From a virus, in the IMG/VR virus record IMGVR_UViG_3300032223_000428, positions 1 to 64,000 of that record: a stretch of DNA of 64,000 nt. One strand, given 5' to 3'. How positions within the stretch are numbered: the stretch's first letter is position 1; each line of letters begins with the position of its first letter. A program made the translations under genes and the position numbers. Under the pieces are notes generated by a model that was not told the origin of the DNA, searched no databases, and saw only the letters and a list, made by a program, of their open reading frames with translations. Shown piece after piece: positions 29,790-39,700 of this stretch.

Positions 29790-31177
29790 GCAACCACCGA
29801 AATTGGTATAATTTTTCTTGGTTTTCTAACATTAGATGGTTTACCATTAGTCCACCAGAATATATCTTTCCTATCTTCCCTTAGTGGACCTTCGATATAT
29901 TCTGGAATGCACCCAGTAATTTCTTCTATTGCTATACTAAACATAACGATATTATCACTAAATGCATTATCGCATGATGCATCCCATAGTGGTCCAGAAA
30001 GAAACATACATGCACCTTTACATATATGAATAACAGGACAGTTAGGGCACTCTTTTCTATCACTCCAATGAGTGGCAGTATTTAATTGAGAAGAATTTAA
30101 ATCAGAGATATGTCCTATCTTATGAGACATTCCTGCAGGATTATTAGAAACTGCGCTAACATTCTGACATGTCAAAACATTACCATTTAAGTCTAATGCA
30201 ATAGAATCTGATTTATCCATACCACACTTTTGTGGTAAAGATTCTATTCTAGAACCATTCTTAATAGAATTTAAAAATGTATTAAATTTACTGCCAATTA
30301 CAGAAAATCTGCTGGCACCACCACGTCTTAATTCATCTAGAGAAAGATTTCTAAATTTATTATCCTCTTCCCCATCCAATAATGAATTGGCAAGACCACC
30401 TTCATCATAAGCATCAACGAACGCACCTTCACCAATAGTTAAAAAATCACAGTATTCTTTTCCAATATTATCAGTAATAAATTTGATAAAAAATTCTTGG
30501 ATTTTTGTTCTGCTTATATTTTTAGAGTTAATCATAGAATTAAAACTAAAACGACGTTTAGGTGCCAATCTTTTATAAAGATCTAAAATGGCTTCTTTTG
30601 ATACTGGATCGTCAAAAGGATCTGGTCCACGAACTGGTTGTCCTGGACCATCATGAGAAACTGCAATACCAAACCCTAAAGATTCTAGCCAGTCATTCTT
30701 TTCTTTATCCAATAAACTACCATTAGTGATAATACCCATATTGCAATTTGGATATTTTTGTTTAATCGCTTCAGCTAAAGGTTTTAGTGTTTTCCAATAA
30801 ACAAATGGTTCACCACCCCAAAATTCAAAGGTTGTATTTTTTCCTAATAAATCATCTCCTCCCTCAAACCATGAGGACATATTTTCTACGAAAGGGAGAA
30901 CATCATCGGGATTGGTTTGATCGGCATGAGGAACGAAACGCTGGTTGCAATAATCACACTCGAAATTGCATGAAAGACCTAGCTGTATTTTTACAGTCTT
31001 TAGGTCTTTCTTCCCATGTTCTATTTTTGCTGGAGCCAGAACATCTGGTTGTGTCATTACATTATCATAAATTGGAGTTCCATCTTCCCATGTTAATGTA
31101 CTAACACTACTATCATAAATTATCACTTTATGTTTTTGTTCTTTAACATCCCATGATTTAATTTCAAATTTTGCCAT
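29786..31177 (-). CDS. Radical SAM enzyme with SPASM domain
   Basis: CNFECDYC (CxxxCxxC), FWGGEP, ITNGSLL, SHDGP; SPASM cysteines KCG...LTCQ...CPNCPVIHICKGAC...SCD. Confidence 0.95.
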   Translation of the reverse strand: MAKFEIKSWDVKEQKHKVIIYDSSVSTLTWEDGTPIYDNVMTQPDVLAPAKIEHGKKDLKTVKIQLGLSCNFECDYCNQRFVPHADQTNPDDVLPFVENMSSWFEGGDDLLGKNTTFEFWGGEPFVYWKTLKPLAEAIKQKYPNCNMGIITNGSLLDKEKNDWLESLGFGIAVSHDGPGQPVRGPDPFDDPVSKEAILDLYKRLAPKRRFSFNSMINSKNISRTKIQEFFIKFITDNIGKEYCDFLTIGEGAFVDAYDEGGLANSLLDGEEDNKFRNLSLDELRRGGASRFSVIGSKFNTFLNSIKNGSRIESLPQKCGMDKSDSIALDLNGNVLTCQNVSAVSNNPAGMSHKIGHISDLNSSQLNTATHWSDRKECPNCPVIHICKGACMFLSGPLWDASCDNAFSDNIVMFSIAIEEITGCIPEYIEGPLREDRKDIFWWTNGKPSNVRKPRKIIPISVVA

Positions 31178-31222
31178 ATAATTTCCAAAATTGGCACTCT
31201 ACCATAGAGCACCTCATAAATC

Positions 31223-31229
31223 TATTTAG
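31223..31229 (-). promoter_or_regulatory. Candidate late promoter (CTAAATA) upstream of the radical SAM gene
   Basis: tatttag overlapping the stop of the upstream ORF, 46 nt before the rSAM ATG; same motif as before gp18, gp25, gp2 and gp4. Confidence 0.4.
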
Positions 31230-32146
31230 ATCGTTTTAGTGAATGTGGTTTGAGCAAGCCAAAACTTAAATCCAATTTTAACTGAAACTGTATCTCCAGA
31301 ATCTAATCCTGTAGTTATAACTTTAAAAGAACCAGTTCCATTAGTTAATGGAATTTTTGTTTTTGGCAAAAATCCAGTATTTGTTTGTAAATATAAAAAA
31401 TCAATTCTTTCATCGGTTGTTACATTCACAGTAATAACATCACCAGAAATACTCGAGGTCGTGTTTATCTGAGCCATTAATTCTTCTGGAGGAGATATAA
31501 ATTCTTTTAATAAAGATAAACTAGTATCAACTTCTATAGTATGATCAGCGAAGCCAGTTCTATCTACAATATTATCACCACCTGGTCTAACAGTTTTTGG
31601 TGGATAATAATCTCTTGTGTCAGATATCGCCATTGGTTTTTGAATAACCAAAATAATGTCATCAGAAGTAGGATTATCACTTGTGACAAAGAAATTAAAT
31701 AAAGATTTACCACCAAAAATATTATTCACACCATTCCCATATGATAAAGAATATGCATTATAAATTTTATCAGATGGAATTGTGGTAGAATTAGTAGGAA
31801 GTAAAGATTCTATAAAATCCTGATCAATTCCCCATGCTGTTTGTGCTGGAGATTTTAGTAAAGGAGTGATATCAATTAAAAAATCATAAACTTTTAAATT
31901 TTCTGTAGTGTTAGTTAATACAATTTTAAATAAATTATCTTGTACGTTCTGTATTTCCCATTTAAAATGTATTGGAGTAGTCTCCCATAAAGGGTGATCT
32001 CTTAAGTCATCTTGTATTTCTTGAGAAAACTCTGATGCGTTATCCCAATCTAAATTTGGATATAATCCATGTTTCCAATTTAAACTAATAGTATTATTAA
32101 CAAAAGAATATTTTCTACTATCTGTTAGTCTTAGTGCGTATTTCAT
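31226..32146 (-). CDS. Hypothetical protein with C-terminal Ig-like beta domain (fibre/rSAM-associated)
   Basis: 306 aa; C-terminal LYLQTNTGFLPKTKIPLTNGTGSFKVITTGLDSGDTVSVKIGFKFW; sandwiched between fibre and rSAM genes. Confidence 0.65.
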   Translation of the reverse strand: MKYALRLTDSRKYSFVNNTISLNWKHGLYPNLDWDNASEFSQEIQDDLRDHPLWETTPIHFKWEIQNVQDNLFKIVLTNTTENLKVYDFLIDITPLLKSPAQTAWGIDQDFIESLLPTNSTTIPSDKIYNAYSLSYGNGVNNIFGGKSLFNFFVTSDNPTSDDIILVIQKPMAISDTRDYYPPKTVRPGGDNIVDRTGFADHTIEVDTSLSLLKEFISPPEELMAQINTTSSISGDVITVNVTTDERIDFLYLQTNTGFLPKTKIPLTNGTGSFKVITTGLDSGDTVSVKIGFKFWLAQTTFTKTI

Positions 32147-32155
32147 GCATATTCC

Positions 32156-33484
32156 TTAACAATTACAATTGCAGTTAATACAATTTAAATAATGGTGATG
32201 TGGGTCAAGACCTGTGCCAGTATCTAAATGTTCTCTTCCATAACAATTATATGAGTGAAAGAAATGAGAATATTGGCCATGATTACCAGATCCAGCACCA
32301 CGCCCCCAGACACTAACGAAGCTGTTTACCTTTGTATTGGCTGCTACTGCCATATCATTTGTGAACTGTGATAGATGTCCTGGTCTACCTTGAATACCAC
32401 CCCATGGTGCATGTGAAGAATGGTGAGTAAAGTCACTACTATGTGCCGCATGAGAATAAGAACTATTGAAGGCATGACTGACATTAGAAACAATAACAGC
32501 ACCAGTGTTACCCTGAACAGATGATACTGGAACAGAAACGATTACGTTACCAGTCGCACCATTAACAGATTGAACTGGCACGTTAACAATAACAGCACCA
32601 GTGTTACCCTGAACAGATGTAACTGGAACAGAAACGATTACGTTACCAGTATTACCCTGAACAGTTAATACGTTTGCATTAATAGTTGGGTTACCACCAG
32701 TACCATCACCATTCTGAACAGTAATACCTGATCCTGCAGCTATAGATCTTACCGTTGCAGTCGCTGCGCCAGTTCTAATGTAAATACCGTTAGACGAAAC
32801 ACTAGAAAGACCAGCAAGGTTATTAGCATATGCTTGGACATCTGTACCAATTGTTAAACCTAGACCAGTACGAGCAGTTGCTTGATCGGCAGACGCTTCC
32901 AATCCACGCATAAATGCAGAAGAAGTATATGTACCAGCTGTTCCTACCCCAGTAAAATATGGAACAGCACCAGCAGCAGAAGATACACTGGCCAGTGCAG
33001 CAAGTTCAGCATCATAAGCCTGAACGTCTGTGCCAATTGCCAAACCCAATGCAGTTCTTGCAGCAGGGGCATTATTAGATCCAGTACCACCAGAGCCAAT
33101 AGGTAGAGCAGTTGTAAGTGTTGTAATAGAACCACTAGTAATTGCTGCTACGCCAGTAAATGTACCAGAAAAATTCGTAGCTGTAATGGTGTTACCAGCG
33201 AAGTTACCAGAACTATCACGAACTACAACAGAACTTTTATTGACACCTGCAGGTAATGCAGAAGATGTATCTAATCCATCTAGAAAGTCAGCGTCTAGAA
33301 GAGAACCTGTACCATCAACGGTAATAAGTTTAGCCAGTACATCTGCAGCAGTATAACTAGCAGCAGTAAGACCTGTTTGAAGAGCTGTATTGAGGGCTGA
33401 GAAGTTATTATCAACTTCAGTATTAGTAAGAGGACTGCCCTTAGTACCTCTTAACGTAATGGTTGCAGCGGATATATTTGCCAT
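32156..33484 (-). CDS. Tail fibre protein with His-rich, Asn-Cys-repeat C-terminus
   Basis: ITLRGTKGSPLTNTEVDNNF N-terminus, LDADFLDG, GGTG...AARTALGL, ~5x VxSVxGxTG repeats, ends PHHHYLNCINCNCNC. Confidence 0.85.
   Translation of the reverse strand: MANISAATITLRGTKGSPLTNTEVDNNFSALNTALQTGLTAASYTAADVLAKLITVDGTGSLLDADFLDGLDTSSALPAGVNKSSVVVRDSSGNFAGNTITATNFSGTFTGVAAITSGSITTLTTALPIGSGGTGSNNAPAARTALGLAIGTDVQAYDAELAALASVSSAAGAVPYFTGVGTAGTYTSSAFMRGLEASADQATARTGLGLTIGTDVQAYANNLAGLSSVSSNGIYIRTGAATATVRSIAAGSGITVQNGDGTGGNPTINANVLTVQGNTGNVIVSVPVTSVQGNTGAVIVNVPVQSVNGATGNVIVSVPVSSVQGNTGAVIVSNVSHAFNSSYSHAAHSSDFTHHSSHAPWGGIQGRPGHLSQFTNDMAVAANTKVNSFVSVWGRGAGSGNHGQYSHFFHSYNCYGREHLDTGTGLDPHHHYLNCINCNCNC
32490..32670. 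repeat. 45-bp coding repeats (VPVxSVQGNTGxVIV), ~4-5 copies
   Basis: Recurrent ttaccctgaacag and ctggaacagaaacgattacgttaccag. Confidence 0.85.
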
Positions 33485-33501
33485 TTAAGGATTCCTTTAA
33501 A

Positions 33502-33738
33502 TCAATCTTTTTTATTCATAAATTCGATAATTAATGATTTTATCTCTTTTAGATCATTCTTTATATTATTTATGTCTTCTTCATGCTGAGAAATTTGACG
33601 ATTACGATCTTCAGCGATACGTCTTCTTTCCATATATTCTTGATATTCCGTTTGACTAGTATTGATGATAGCCCCAGTCGAAACATCTCGAACTAGGCTA
33701 TCATGACCAACAACTTTTAAGTAGTCCATTATGGGCAA
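33502..33738 (-). CDS. Conserved small T4-like phage protein
   Basis: YLKVVGHDSLVRDVSTGAIIN...coiled coil INNIKNDLKEIKSL; follows the large structural gene. Confidence 0.7.
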   Translation of the reverse strand: MPIMDYLKVVGHDSLVRDVSTGAIINTSQTEYQEYMERRRIAEDRNRQISQHEEDINNIKNDLKEIKSLIIEFMNKKD

Positions 33739-36700
33739 GCAATAAGTCTAAAATCTTTAATAATTGGGACTGCAGCACTGTTTGCAGACTGCATTACTAG
33801 TTTAACCACAACAGTATCAAAAGGAATCATATTATTTAATGTATAGTCAACATCATAAAATGTGTTGTTTCCATTATCTACTTTGGTTAAACCAGTTCCA
33901 TCAGCTGTAGCTAAAGTATATTTAGTTGTGTCTAGTTGGGAAGCATCACCCAAACATGTTTTATAATATACCTTAACGTCTGCCTCACTTGGGCAATTTG
34001 CACTCAATTTAATTCTAGTGTATGTAGAAGAATTTGCAAATTTTACAGGTGTGGTTACATATTTACTAATACTATTGCTACCAACTGGAGCGATCTCGTC
34101 AAAGAATAGTTCTTTCAGAGAGATAGTTGTACCAGAAGCTGCAGCTTCCGAAGCCATAACTGCCTCTGTAGAAGCAGTAGATGATACGTTAACTGTTGCT
34201 GTTGTTCCATTATCAGAGAAACCAGTAACTATCCATGTTCCATTATTAGAAGTAGTTGTAGCACTGGCAATAACAATGTATCTACCAATACCAAGTCCTG
34301 ACAATACGCCTCTGGCTGTTGAGTTTGTAGAAGTAATAGAAGATGGATTACCAACATATCCAAGAAGAGCACTACCATGATAAGCAGTACCAAATGTATG
34401 AGATGGAGCACTAGTACTACCAGTTCCACCGATCAAACAGATGTATAATTTATTACCATAATAATACTGAGTTCCTGCAGTCAAAGATTGAGAACCAGTT
34501 AAAGTTAACAATGTTCCAGTAATGGCAAAGTTAAATGCACCAGAAGAACCTATGTGAACTTGTTTCAAATCTAATGCAGCCACGTTAGTGTTTGCTTCTG
34601 TTGGCCAGTTTAATTTATTTGAAATTAACTGAACGCTAGAACGTGCAGTATCTATAACTGGAGAGACTGAATCATTTGTAGTGGAAATCTGTGCAGTTAA
34701 TATTAAAGATGGAGAACGAGTTGAAGGATCTAATTCTGCAGCAATAAGTTTTGTCTGTTTAAAGATATTATCTTGTTTCATCAAAACTGATGTAGAAGTA
34801 TCTGTAGAATATGCAGTTTGATTACCATCCATTGATGTACCAGTAGTTGTTGTAACAGAATAACTTACTTTATTATCAGAGAAAGCCTGAACTTCCATTG
34901 TTGGGTTTAAAATATCATAAGTGATATTATGTGTGGCTCTCAATAAATTACCACCAGCATATCCAGTACTAGTTGCATTAGTAGCAGTTGTTATTGTATA
35001 ACAATGCATATCTACGTTGCTAACAGTTTTACTTCCACTAGACAAAGTTGGTGCAGAGCATATTTCTGTGTATGGAATTCCATTAAATGTTGTTAATGAA
35101 ATATATGTTAATACAGCAGTACCATTAGTTGCTTGGCCAACAGTATGAGTTGGCGCAGAAGATCCAGTGGTTCCAGCAGTTGTTACCTGATAAACTTTAC
35201 CACTTGATATTACATAAGAGTTTAATGTAACTGCAGTAGATGCTGCCCATGTTGTCGATCCATATGTAATCCATGGCACTGTAAGTTTAACAGATGATGC
35301 TGTTACAGGACTGAAACCATGGTTAGGGTGCCAGACTCTTACTGTGTTGCTTCCACTAACAGTCTGTAGAGGATCGCCATAAAGTTGATCATATGGTAAT
35401 ACGTTATTAACAAATGATACGTTGGCGATCGAATTTGTAGTAAACTTAGCACGATATAAAGTAAATTTAATATCTTGATTTTGATCTGGAGTCCATGTTG
35501 AAGCATTTTGAGACTTAAACATTACACCAGCATATGGTTGCTCAGAAATAGTTCTACTAGTTCCAGGAATCTCGTCACCCATATTAGAGATCCAAACTTT
35601 ATAATTGTTTGAATCTGATTGGATAACGAAACAATATTCTTGACCATCCATCACATAAACAGGTGCATCAAATTTAAAATTAGTTGCAACATTATAGTCA
35701 GCGTAAGAATTTCCATCCCATATTGTTACTGGATTGTATCCAGAAGCTGTAGGATCTGCACCAGCAACTGGGGCATTAACCGAATCTGATTTCAATGATA
35801 CTGTACTAAATGGAAGAACATATTTTCCTGGAGTACCATTAACTATTTCACGAATAGAAACAGTGACAGGAATATTTGCATCTTTAGTTGCAAAGAAAAT
35901 ATCAATAGATGTTAAGAATGCTCCACCTTTATTTTGAACCAAGAATGATTGTGCAAGTGGATCATACCAACCAGTATCAGAAATAACTGTTGTAACCCCA
36001 CCACCATAACTTCCATCTTTAGATAAAGTTTGGTACATATTAGGATTATTTGCATCATAATTAATCTGTTCTTGAACATATTCTGGAGATCTAATAGATT
36101 GAACTACAGATTGAACAGTCTGTAGTGTTCCAGTAGCATCATACATGCCCATAGCACGTGATGTATAGTTTCCGAATGCTGTAGAAGAATCAACTAGTTT
36201 AAGTTGAGACTTGCCAGTTCTGAAACGAATAGATTCAGTATTTGGAATATAGTATAAGAAATTAAGTTCACCAGCCTGATTAGTGGTTAAAGTAGTATTA
36301 ACTGTTGTTGATATTACAGTACCAGTAGCACTATTATTAAGAGTACCAGTGATAGTTTCGTTTGCACTGAATGTTCCAATAATATTGACTAAATCTAAGG
36401 CATATGAAGTTGTACCATCAGAATTTAATATTGTATATTTTCCAACAACTACAGCAGAAGCTGTTTGTGCCTGATTATTGATGACATCACCTTTTGTTAA
36501 ACAAACCTGTGTATCACCAGCTATTCTTCGCTTAGCATCTGTACCTGCACCACCAACATTTGTTGTAGTATCAAATAATTTATGTGTAACCAGTTTGGCA
36601 GAAGAAGTTGAGCCAGTTGGCGTATAAATCATCGTTGTTGTTGGAGTGCAATAGTCAGAAACTGCAATCTCATTAAAATATGCATAGAATCTTGTATTTG

Positions 36701-39700
36701 GTTTTAACCCTTTGGCTTGAACCAATAAATTTCTAGATCTTACATAAGGAATCATTGCTGTAGAAAGAACCTTATCGCCAACAGTGACTCTATCTGTTTT
36801 AGGAATAACAGATGTTTTAGTTCCTGTTCTAGATTTAAATCCAGTTTGTGACCATGTAGTTACACCTGTAGTAGATGTTGTTAGAGATCTAAGAGCCATT
36901 CCACCATTGGCTGACCAATTTCCACCTAGATTATTTAATTGATCTCTACTTGTACTATTTTGATTATATGATTGAATCGTTGATGGTGCAGTAGAAGATT
37001 GAACGCCATTCCAATGGTCATTCCATTCTCCCCAAATAGGGAATCCATTATTTGAATCAACCCAATTTTTAACAGCGGTATAATTATCAATATTCTCAAC
37101 CAATTCTGGCGCACGAGCAGTATCAAACCAATCATCAGATGGTGGATTAATTTGAACAGTTCCTAAGAATGTAAATATTGCAAATGGATTAACATTCTCA
37201 AGTCTAGATGCATATCCTTGTTTAATAAATTCTTGTGATGTATATGGTAAAGTTATAACATCACCAGTTAATTGATATCCTGAAGAAGTTCTAGCAGCAG
37301 TGTTAGAATTTTGTTCAATTAAATCAACATTATGGGATGTGTGCGCTGGACGTAATAAGTTATTCTTCATATCAATAGAACAAACATAGTCTTTTGACGT
37401 AGTATTTGCTAATGAAGAACCACCGAAATTGTCAACGACAAATCCGTTTTTCATTCTATCAAGACCAGTACTATCTGTAATTTTAAGTGTACTAGTTTCT
37501 GCTTCTAATAAAGATAAAGAAGTATAGTATTCTAAGTTATCAATACGTTTTTCAAGTTTACCAATATCACGCATTGTGTAGCGTTTGTTATCGACTTTAA
37601 TGACAGCTACGCTAGATGTAGTAGTACCAAATGTATATGGTTCTAATGTTAGATTATAAAGAACCATCGCATTGGCTGGTGCTGTTGGCTCTCCTGGAGA
37701 AACAGATGAAACACCAAGAACATCAAAGAATGTTCCATTTTTATCAATAGAAATTTTATCTTTTCTACCAAGATAATAGCTAAAGTCTAATGTTGTATAT
37801 TCACCTCGTTTTGGTGGATTAGACCATGAAGAGCCAGTACCAGCAAATACTCTAGTAGAAGCATTAACAGATTTATTGGCAACTCTTGGACGGAAGTCCA
37901 AAGAGTCTCTCAATAGAGGAGGAATTTGTTTATAATCTATCGAATAAGAATCTCTATCAAAATAATCTCCAGCACCATGTTCAAAATATTCATATTGAAT
38001 TTGAATTGGATTTGATGGAGCTGTATATGAAGGTAATAGATTTAATCTACCCAAATCATAATGAGTAGTTCTTTGTCCATTATCAAAACTGTAACGCTCA
38101 GAGATATCTTGTGTATAATAAGAAGGGTCTTTAGAAGCTGTACCACTAAAAGACAATGATGGAGCCATCTTAATGCTTATAATTCTAAACACATCAGCTT
38201 TATCTAATAATAGAGTTGTAGCCTGTGCAGTATCAGCAGTAATAAAGGTATCATGATCTTTTGTACCATCACTAGAGATTGGTGATACAGTTGTGGTTAA
38301 TGATTTAGTCTTTTCGAATCCTGATCCACTTTTCTTAACTGCAGCAATAACTGAATATGTTCCAGCTGATGGGACAGTTATGGTTACGTTACTTCCAGAA
38401 ACAGAAATTTTATCATATGTAATATTCTGTATACTTCCATCAGAATCTTTAGTTACAATATAATTGTCCTGATCTGCAGCTGGAGCAAATGTTCCAGCGA
38501 CACTTAAACCAAGAGATGTAGTTGCTGTTGTGACACTGGTAAATTTAACGTATGAATAGTAGTTTAAGTTATTAACACCACCACTACCAGAAGTTCTTAC
38601 ATTCTTAACAGAAGAATATGGAAGTGGGAAAATTAATGATGTATTTGTTGCTTCATTAATAGCAGTACTTGCAATTTGCATTGCACCACCACTAACTGTA
38701 ATTGCTGAATCAACAGTTATTGAAGTTTGGCTGTTAATTGCTGTAACTTTACGATAACTAGAAGCAGAGCCATCAGTGATTAAAAGATAATCATTAAGTT
38801 TAACATCAGTTTGGAAAGATGTTCCAGTACCAGTTAAAGTGGCAGAAGCAGAAGCAGTGACAGATCCAGTTATTTTAGTTAATATAGGTTGGATATCTGC
38901 TGTGAAGATAAGAGTGCCACCTGGATTATAGTATATTGATTTTACGTTTCTGCTAAAATCATAACCAGAATACATCTGAATATCAAATAAACCCAATTTG
39001 TAAATCGATGTGCTACCATATGGAAGGACACTTTGCCATTCCATAAAACGAACACGTGCGGTTCCAACTGCAGTTCCTAGATTGGATGCTGTTGTAGTTC
39101 CTCTATATGATGATCCAGATAATCCATTATACAATGTAACAATACCAGCACTGTCTACTGGTGGTGGGTTATACACGTTTGTTACATTAATGTAATTTCC
39201 GATTGTTGGTGCCAATACTGAACTTGTTGCTTGTTCATAATCTCTGGCTTTTGGCACTGTTAAGTATGATGTTCCAAGTTTTTCAATCTCAACACCTCTA
39301 ACATAAGCCTTACCAGCTTCTAAACCAATAGCCAATTTTGTTTCATCACCATCTAAATTAATACCACGATTGTATAGTGGATTTATATCATAGAACCATG
39401 TGATAGTACCATCTGATGCATTACCAGATGTATGAGTTGGAGCTGTACTACCAGAAGTTGCGCTAGTTCTAGCTGTATAAGTTAAACCAGCATTTGTTAC
39501 AACATCACCAATTATATAAGCAGTATTCTGTGTCCACTGCCCACGATTATTATTTCTATGTTCACGAACATCAATGTTAAAATCACGAACAGTGTAATCT
39601 CCAGATTCATCATAAGTACGACGTGCAAGTTCGACATCAATATCTGAATAGATCTGATTTAATGGATTATCAGGAACAATTGTTGCAACTTGTCCATTAG

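Noticed and set aside
29786-31177. Anaerobic sulfatase maturase or NrdG activase
   Set aside because: No sulfatase or NrdD is nearby and the protein is far longer than NrdG; a host-protein target cannot be fully excluded.
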